From IMG/VR virus record IMGVR_UViG_3300034065_000148: a stretch of 35,696 nucleotides of DNA; one strand, 5' to 3'. The DNA comes from a virus. The notes below the pieces were generated by a model. The model was given only the letters and a program-made list of their open reading frames with translations, made no database searches and had not been told where the DNA came from. Positions 30,138-35,696 of this stretch are shown piece after piece (the first letter of the stretch is position 1; each line of letters begins with the position of its first letter). The translations under genes and the position numbers were made by a program.

Positions 30138-31380
30138 TTAATAACGCTGCTTTCATTTGTTGAAGTTCAGCTACGCTCTTGCCCTGTAAGGCTGGATGGC
30201 TTGGATTTCCTTGAACTGTAGGAGCGGAGGGTTGCCCACCAGGAACAACATCTCCAAAGAATGAAGATCCATTCTTTAATCCATTAAGCCACGAATCGTA
30301 TTGTTGCGCATCTTGTGGCGCTAGATAATTTCTCTTAGCATCTACAACGTGTTTCGCATTCTGGTACAGGAACTGATTAGAGCTCTTACCTAATGTGTTC
30401 GCATAATCTAAGCCTTGTTGTAAATACTGAGCGGCATCAGCTCCAGACACTTTTCCTGTTAATTTTTGACGAAGCTCTGCCATCTTGTATTGAGGTGTTC
30501 CAGGCTTTAAGTTTTCAAGATCTGACTCTGATCCAGATCCTCCTGATGCCATCCGAAGGAGCTCATGACTAAATAGAGATATCTGCTGTGGATTCGCATT
30601 GTTTAAATTAATTTGACCGGTCTTTGGATCTCTAAGTTGTTCAGCGAGGTCGTTCATATTCTTAGATGACAAAACGTTTGTCTCAGCTCTTTGTAAAGCA
30701 GGATTTCCTCTAAGGGCCTGCAATGCGCCAAGAGTTTCTTGGTTTTGAGTCGCTGCTTTTTGCTTAAGATCAGAACGAAGTTTCTGAACCTCGATATTTT
30801 GACCTTGTTGTTTGATAGCCATCTCTTGTTGTTTATTGGCCTGCTCAAGTTGATCTTTAGCAGATAGAGAAGCATTCTGAGCCCATGCTGATGCGTGAGC
30901 AACCGCGTTTGGATCATATTGACTTGGAAGTTGAGATGTATCACCGTTCATTGCTTTTATACCCTGAAGAGCAGAGTCATAAGATGTTTGGTCGTGCGCT
31001 TGAGATAATAATTGAGCCGTGGTTTCCATTTTTGTTTTCATAGTTGCCAAATGCTGTTGCTGCACGGCTTGATCTTGTTGAGCAAAGCCCATAGCTGCTT
31101 TAGGAACAAGTGAAGGAGATGTTTTCCCTAATTCACTCAACATACCTGCCCTATCTATAGAAGGATTTCCATTAGCGTCAACTTTAGTGTTATTGGCTGT
31201 GGCATTTCTCATTGCCTGGTTATCTGAAAACTCTTGTTGAGCTTGTTGATTTTGAAGTTGAAGGTTTTGACTTCTCATAGACAAATCTTTGAGAGACATG
31301 GCCTTAACAGCCTGGTCCAGTGGATCATTTATCTGAACCGGTTTTGCGCCCATTATAATACTTGGATCTAAATCAGCCAT
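30124..31380 (-). CDS. Internal virion / ejection protein (Q-rich, coiled)
   Basis: 418-aa ORF. Assignment rests on composition and position (P22 gp20-position analog). Confidence 0.55.
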   Translation of the reverse strand: MADLDPSIIMGAKPVQINDPLDQAVKAMSLKDLSMRSQNLQLQNQQAQQEFSDNQAMRNATANNTKVDANGNPSIDRAGMLSELGKTSPSLVPKAAMGFAQQDQAVQQQHLATMKTKMETTAQLLSQAHDQTSYDSALQGIKAMNGDTSQLPSQYDPNAVAHASAWAQNASLSAKDQLEQANKQQEMAIKQQGQNIEVQKLRSDLKQKAATQNQETLGALQALRGNPALQRAETNVLSSKNMNDLAEQLRDPKTGQINLNNANPQQISLFSHELLRMASGGSGSESDLENLKPGTPQYKMAELRQKLTGKVSGADAAQYLQQGLDYANTLGKSSNQFLYQNAKHVVDAKRNYLAPQDAQQYDSWLNGLKNGSSFFGDVVPGGQPSAPTVQGNPSHPALQGKSVAELQQMKAALLNGSR

Positions 31381-31389
31381 AAATTCTCC

Positions 31390-32187
31390 TTATTCATCTA
31401 AAGAACTATAGAATCCAAGAGGATCCGCGCCAGCACTAACTCCAGAAAAATTATCTCCAATTGGAGCTGACTGAAAACTGGAGCCCATTACTGGTTGAGA
31501 ATAAGTTGGGGCCCCATAACCATTTTGTTGAAATCCATTTTGATTCTGCTGCAATTGCGCTAGTAAATTATTGCTTTGATATGCGTTTATGCCTTGGCCA
31601 ATACCACTAGTAATTGAGTTAGCCACCCCAACTTGACCTGCCGCCGATGCATTTGCTGCTCCAATAGTATTTGCACTCATGGCATTAGTAGCTGTTTGTC
31701 CAGCTTGGTTAATGCCTGCAACTGCGGTTTGACCCATTCCAGCCATGCCAGACAGCATGTTATAGCGATTTTGATTTTGACTCATATAATTTTGCAAAGC
31801 CTGTTGATAATCTTGGTTTGCGGTACCTTGGGCATAGTTATTTAGATTTTGTTGAGTGCCTACCGAATTAAGTAATCCTTTAGCTGCAGCAGATCTTTGC
31901 ATCGCCTGCTCGCCTTGTTGCAATTGGAATTGATATCCAGGACTTTGTTGAAAATCAGCATCAGTAAAGTTTGCCGTGAGAGATGGCATATCTGCATTTA
32001 GAGTTGCTAGATTTGCTTCTCCAGATTGTAACCAAGGTTGTTCGTTTGCCTGCTCTTGTTCGAATTCATTATATTGATATGCGTTTGCAGTATTTGCAGC
32101 TCCTGCTTCAGTTCCAGCAGCTCCACTTGAAGCTGCGCCAGATATTGCAGCTCCTGCTAAAATTGCTCCACCAATTGCAAAGCCCAT
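31390..32187 (-). CDS. Internal virion / ejection protein (G/A/Q/N-rich)
   Basis: 265 aa with the N-terminal hydrophobic stretch GFAIGGAILAGAAISGAASSGAAG. P22 gp7-position analog. Confidence 0.55.
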   Translation of the reverse strand: MGFAIGGAILAGAAISGAASSGAAGTEAGAANTANAYQYNEFEQEQANEQPWLQSGEANLATLNADMPSLTANFTDADFQQSPGYQFQLQQGEQAMQRSAAAKGLLNSVGTQQNLNNYAQGTANQDYQQALQNYMSQNQNRYNMLSGMAGMGQTAVAGINQAGQTATNAMSANTIGAANASAAGQVGVANSITSGIGQGINAYQSNNLLAQLQQNQNGFQQNGYGAPTYSQPVMGSSFQSAPIGDNFSGVSAGADPLGFYSSLDE

Positions 32188-32652
32188 TTATAATCTCCTT
32201 GACCAGATTGTTTCGGCCTTTTCGTAACCCATATCTTGGAATAAATTGCCGTATTCAAACCAAGGCTTTGCATGATGGGTTATTGTTACAACATTATCTT
32301 TCTTAAGTTCTTCATCACACCATTTTAAAAACTCCTTACCGATGCCTCGATAAGGCTTTCGAACGTATAAAATATCTTGAGATGCAACGACTGTGTTTTT
32401 ATAATGAAGATGTTTATCAACTATGAAAAAGGCGTAGCCCATAAGAACGGTTTCCTTAAACTCTTCATTCAAGGGTTGTCTGATAGTGAAACATCGAAGC
32501 TTGCCCATTTTCTCTAAAGCTTCATATTTTGACCACTCCATATCGATAGGAATATCTTTATAGTGACCGACCTCTTCCCAATGCTCATGACGAAGCACAG
32601 GCTCTATCTCTGCTCTGCAATCACTTAACGTTTCAACTTGGAACTTTGGCAC
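32188..32652 (-). CDS. GNAT-family N-acetyltransferase
   Basis: Acetyl-CoA motif-A-like YVRKPYRGIGKEFLKWCDEELKK, about 150 aa. GTG start. Confidence 0.6.
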   Translation of the reverse strand: MPKFQVETLSDCRAEIEPVLRHEHWEEVGHYKDIPIDMEWSKYEALEKMGKLRCFTIRQPLNEEFKETVLMGYAFFIVDKHLHYKNTVVASQDILYVRKPYRGIGKEFLKWCDEELKKDNVVTITHHAKPWFEYGNLFQDMGYEKAETIWSRRL

Positions 32653-33244
32653 GCTCTCTCCTATATTTCGGGGCTACACAGTCAATAATCATATGCATTC
32701 TTGGTGTAAGTGAATCATTTCTAGCCCAGTGAACTTCTTTATGGTTAAACCAAAAGAACTGTCCAGGCTTCATCGAATATGATTCTCCCCAACCTTCAGT
32801 ATCTTGAACAAAGAACCTGTTTCCTTGATCTGATGTTAGCACAAGATGAAATCTCTCAAAGTGATCTGAATACATTCCATAATCGCAGTGTGGAATCACA
32901 TGTCCTTTAGACTTTAGTTTAGCTATGAAAACCCTGCCACACTCTGTTGCTTCGCAGGCATTTAGACATTCTGCAATTAGACTTTGAATCTCATTAATTT
33001 TAACTAAGTTGAAATGATCTTGTATCTCTAGGCTATCCCGAACCGATTCAATCGTATTCTCTGGAGCCCAACGAAACATCACGGCTTCTGTGTCTTGTTG
33101 AGGAGATATTGGCCTGTCAAGCTTCACGACATAGTCTTGGCGCCAGGTATTCTCTTTCCAGAGCCCAGGTTCAGCTTCAAGCCTATCAATTATTGGCTTA
33201 ACGTTTATTCCAGTTTTGAGAAGCTTGATCAGTTGTCCGTTCAT
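32633..33244 (-). CDS. Aspartyl/asparaginyl beta-hydroxylase-like 2OG-Fe(II) oxygenase (cupin fold)
   Basis: GHVIPHCDYG...FERFHLVLTS...GQFFWFNHKEVHWARNDSLTPRMHMIID matches the H-x-D ... H iron triad and the R-x-H-L-I-x-D tail of the Asp_Arg_Hydrox family. Confidence 0.6.
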   Translation of the reverse strand: MNGQLIKLLKTGINVKPIIDRLEAEPGLWKENTWRQDYVVKLDRPISPQQDTEAVMFRWAPENTIESVRDSLEIQDHFNLVKINEIQSLIAECLNACEATECGRVFIAKLKSKGHVIPHCDYGMYSDHFERFHLVLTSDQGNRFFVQDTEGWGESYSMKPGQFFWFNHKEVHWARNDSLTPRMHMIIDCVAPKYRRERAKVPS

Positions 33245-33576
33245 GATGTGATCTGCCTCCCGGAAGCTGTAACGCTGATACTTGAGCCTGCACTTGCCAA
33301 GACTGCAAAGAAATCACCGGGATTTAGAATGTGGTTTGCTAGGTTCAGGTCAACATATGTATTACCCGCAATTGCAACTACAGAAATAATTTCATTTGAG
33401 GCTCCAGCCGTTCCTCCGGAAGGAACCTTGTAAACAGTCAAATTAACTGAACCGCTAGTTACATTGGTAGCAGTGAACTTATCAACTATGGTTACTGTAT
33501 TTGTTGGAGATGAATATATCGTACCAGTCGAACTTGGGGCATATTGATTTTCAAATAAACATAGGGCTGTAATCAC
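33241..33576 (-). CDS. Hypothetical beta-rich tail-module protein
   Basis: 111-aa ORF. GTGA overlap upstream and ATGA overlap downstream. Confidence 0.6.
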   Translation of the reverse strand: MITALCLFENQYAPSSTGTIYSSPTNTVTIVDKFTATNVTSGSVNLTVYKVPSGGTAGASNEIISVVAIAGNTYVDLNLANHILNPGDFFAVLASAGSSISVTASGRQITS

Positions 33577-33833
33577 AATTGTCTCCCGTTAGTTAATCCT
33601 TGAAGCAGAGTAATATCAACTTGAATGGTTGTGATCTCGGTATTAATTGCTGCAACATCAGTTTGAAGTGTTGAAATATCAGATGCAAAGCCTGCATTTG
33701 AAGGAGAGCTCGCTCCACCTATTCTTAAATAAAGCTGCTCAATCCATTTACTCCAAACAGGAGTAATAATTCCACCTTGAGTAGTAAATGGAGCCTGATA
33801 TTGAGGAGGTGGAACAACTATCGAATTACTCAA
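33573..33833 (-). CDS. Small coiled-coil tail protein (possible needle/plug, gp26-position)
   Basis: 86 aa with the heptad-like C-terminus SDISTLQTDVAAINTEITTIQVDITLLQ. TTG start in a TTGA overlap with the hub gene. Function is inferred from position only. Confidence 0.5.
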   Translation of the reverse strand: MSNSIVVPPPQYQAPFTTQGGIITPVWSKWIEQLYLRIGGASSPSNAGFASDISTLQTDVAAINTEITTIQVDITLLQGLTNGRQL

Positions 33834-35266
33834 CTTGCCCCCTGTTCTACTTCAATCTCAGCACCGATCATAACTACTTTGACTGGATCAGAAATTGAAA
33901 CTCTATAAACCCTGTTTCTTGATTGACCAAGACGTCGCCAAATAACTCGATCTGTGGTATTCCCGATCTTACACATTGTAGACCACATTTGATTAGACCA
34001 TGTGTGGCCCCCGTCATTACTCCAATCGAGCATGGCTTGAGGATTTGTGCCTTGTTGAATACCATCAAGTCCTACCGCTGTTTCGAGATCCAACTGAAGG
34101 CTTGAATGGAATATTCTAACCATGTCTTTTGACATATGTGGAGTTACTCGTTGTCTTAAGATTGCAGCACCGTTATCGCTATAAACTGAAGATGACATTT
34201 GATAGATATTCCCATTGGCATAATCACCAACCAAATGAACGCTATTAAATGCATATGTATAACAATTAGCGCGATGCCTTTGGAGTTGACCCTGATTTAA
34301 ATAAGCTCTCTCATGCCACATCTGAGTTTCGCAATCAAAGCCCCAGGTCGCATTGGCCGTAGGAAATGTGAGTATATAGAACTGATGGCCATTTTCTTGA
34401 TACGTAAAACCAATGGCGTCACTTATTGTTGAATAGCTTTGAAACGCTAATTCAACTGCATGAGTACTGATTCTTTTAGGTGAATAACCGTTAGCCATAA
34501 AGACCATTCCATATCCAGAAGTATCTTGGCCAAGCCAAAATACAGTATTAAATAACACCGCTGGAGAGTAAGTAGCCGCACATCCATAAGAAAGCATCGA
34601 GCCTGAAATATATTGAAATGGATTTAGGTTATCTCCAGAGTCAAACCAAACTTCTGTTGTAACTTCCCCAAATAGCCATAGGTTTCTATTATTAGAGACA
34701 ATGGCCGAGATATTATCTGGAAATCCATTCTTTGCAGTGTTTGCCGGAGCATTAAAGGTCACGGCATTTAAATCAGATAGGTAAAACTCTGCTGAGTTTG
34801 GAGCGCAGAATATAAAATAACCATCCATGTAAGCTACAACATTAGACCCTAGCCAATTGAGATCTGTAATTTGAGTTAGAGTTCCAGGTATTGTGAAATC
34901 GACATAATACCCATTTACACCGTCTACAACGACTAGATAAAATCCATTATCTGCCATTCCAACTTGGCCACTAAAAGTCAAAAGTGTCCCAATTGATGTA
35001 GCGACCCAAGCGGAAGTCACGCTATAGAGAGTGTTTCCACTCACAACGTATAATACTCCCGTGGTAGTGTACCAGACTCCACGGATTGGGCCCGAACCTA
35101 TAGTTTGAAGAAGTGTTAATCCAGGAGTCCCGATAAGAGATGCAACTTCACCCTCTTTGCCTGTATGGATCTCATCCATTTCTGGATACATATTTATGCA
35201 TCTCTGGCATTCGTAATTAATAGAACTTAATTGATATGTGGGACCAATAAATCCTGGGAATCTCAT
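33830..35266 (-). CDS. Packaged-DNA stabilization protein / tail hub (P22 gp10-like)
   Basis: 478 aa (P22 gp10 is 472 aa). The C-terminal VIWRRLGQSRNRVYRVSISDPVKVVMIGAEIEVE parallels the gp10 C-terminus VLWKRVGRIRRLIGFKLRVITKSPVTLSGCQIRLE. Follows the gp4-like gene. Confidence 0.8.
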   Translation of the reverse strand: MRFPGFIGPTYQLSSINYECQRCINMYPEMDEIHTGKEGEVASLIGTPGLTLLQTIGSGPIRGVWYTTTGVLYVVSGNTLYSVTSAWVATSIGTLLTFSGQVGMADNGFYLVVVDGVNGYYVDFTIPGTLTQITDLNWLGSNVVAYMDGYFIFCAPNSAEFYLSDLNAVTFNAPANTAKNGFPDNISAIVSNNRNLWLFGEVTTEVWFDSGDNLNPFQYISGSMLSYGCAATYSPAVLFNTVFWLGQDTSGYGMVFMANGYSPKRISTHAVELAFQSYSTISDAIGFTYQENGHQFYILTFPTANATWGFDCETQMWHERAYLNQGQLQRHRANCYTYAFNSVHLVGDYANGNIYQMSSSVYSDNGAAILRQRVTPHMSKDMVRIFHSSLQLDLETAVGLDGIQQGTNPQAMLDWSNDGGHTWSNQMWSTMCKIGNTTDRVIWRRLGQSRNRVYRVSISDPVKVVMIGAEIEVEQGAS

Positions 35267-35436
35267 TTTTTACCCTTAGTTTTAAGGTTTAAATGAGCAA
35301 GAACTTCAGTCCAGTAAGATTTAGCATCAAGACTTTTGACTTTTTCAATCATGGAAGTAACTTCAGAGATAGAACCTGTTCTTATTCTTCTCCAGTAAGT
35401 ATCTGCCATTTCTTTCGGAGTAGGACCCTTTTCCAA
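35263..35436 (-). CDS. Hypothetical small protein between the adaptor and hub genes (48-57 aa; below the track cutoff)
   Basis: TTG at 35436 or ATG at 35409. ...MADTYWRRIRTGSISEVTSMIEKVKSLDAKSYWTEVLAHLNLKTKGKK. ATGA overlap with the hub gene. Confidence 0.45.
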   Translation of the reverse strand: MEKGPTPKEMADTYWRRIRTGSISEVTSMIEKVKSLDAKSYWTEVLAHLNLKTKGKK

Positions 35437-35696
35437 TTATTCTCCTGTTAGCCAATTAAATCCTGGTTTTCTGGGTATTGTAGCCACGTCACATTGTAAT
35501 AATGTTGGCTTGTTATTCATTCTCTTAATATCTGCTTTTGAATCAGTTGCTTGAGCAACGATAAGTGGGCCAGGTTCTTTCCCGAATTCTGGAGCTAGCT
35601 CTATTGCTAGATTATATCTTAATGCTTTGTTATATCCCGGAGGCAAAGAGACAAGTGATGTAAGTAATGAAAAGTCTGATAACTGCTTCCAAGACC
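35437..35696 (-). CDS. 3' part of the gp4-like adaptor gene (same gene as 1-578; 35570-35696 duplicates 1-127)
   Basis: Track ORF 35437..35646 continues the frame of 1-578 through the terminal overlap: ...LPPGYNKALRYNLAIELAPEFGKEPGPLIVAQATDSK... Confidence 0.7.
   Translation of the reverse strand, partial: SWKQLSDFSLLTSLVSLPPGYNKALRYNLAIELAPEFGKEPGPLIVAQATDSKADIKRMNNKPTLLQCDVATIPRKPGFNWLTGE
35570..35696. repeat. Second copy of the 127-bp terminal overlap
   Basis: Identical to 1-127. Confidence 0.97.

Larger units (their letters stand above)
1..35569. mobile_element. One unit length of a complete temperate P22-like podophage genome (integrase, packaging, head, tail, ejection, fibre, lysis-like, recombination and replication modules)
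   Basis: Gene content and order read from the translations. The ends of the window overlap by 127 identical bases, so the sequence closes on itself. Confidence 0.9.

Noticed and set aside
11208-33433. Other embedded or antisense track ORFs (for example 11208-11456, 11222-11605, 11913-12095, 12478-12825, 13790-14092, 14447-14797, 16409-16621, 17229-17609, 18199-18420, 19324-19536, 20269-20571, 20279-20524, 21865-22065, 23031-23216, 24555-24758, 24947-25153, 27382-27612, 29767-29970, 30654-30944, 31633-31845, 31983-32306, 33095-33433, 33874-34068, 33923-34105)
   Set aside because: Each overlaps a longer ORF with recognisable motifs or coupled junctions. None shows motifs or initiation signals of its own.

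Overview
The window is one complete, circularly closed genome of a temperate P22-like (podovirus-type) dsDNA phage. Bases 1-127 are identical to 35570-35696, so the unit length is 35,569 bp. The gp4-like adaptor gene is split by the window edge. All family assignments come from reading motifs in the translations; no searches were run.

Layout:
- Late operon, minus strand, from about 9.5 kb down through position 1 and wrapping to 35.6 -> 21.4 kb: GIY-YIG, TerS, glycosyltransferase, TerL, portal, scaffold, P22-type coat, attenuator hairpin, S/T/G-rich small protein, second glycosyltransferase, adaptor, gp10-like hub, Asp/Asn beta-hydroxylase-like and GNAT enzymes, three Q/G/A-rich ejection-type proteins, three fibre/spike proteins, then four small membrane proteins.
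- Lysogeny island at 9.6-12.1 kb: DUF5675/YkuD-like protein, beta-rich 208-aa protein, short tyrosine integrase, secreted Pro-rich peptide.
- Early/middle operon, plus strand, 12.2-21.3 kb: 51-aa RHH regulator, Zn-finger proteins, Gp157-like protein plus single-strand annealing protein, replisome organizer with internal iterons plus G39P-like loader, GroES, SAM methyltransferase, Gly-Tyr hexamer-repeat gene, DNA methyltransferase, sigma-70-like factor and many tightly coupled micro-genes.
- A Wzy/O-antigen-ligase-like moron on the plus strand at 22.6-23.9 kb.

Most notable unexplained signals:
- A 19-bp dyad motif family (ACACWGG-N7-CCWGT, at least 10 copies) that punctuates the small-gene array and brackets the integrase.
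- A 243-bp perfect GGC-NNC hexamer array encoding a (G-Y/S/D)n protein.
- Sugar- or protein-modifying enzymes embedded in the virion operon.
- A beta-propeller receptor-binding protein and a fibre with a Sec signal peptide.
- No recognisable endolysin or CI-type repressor.
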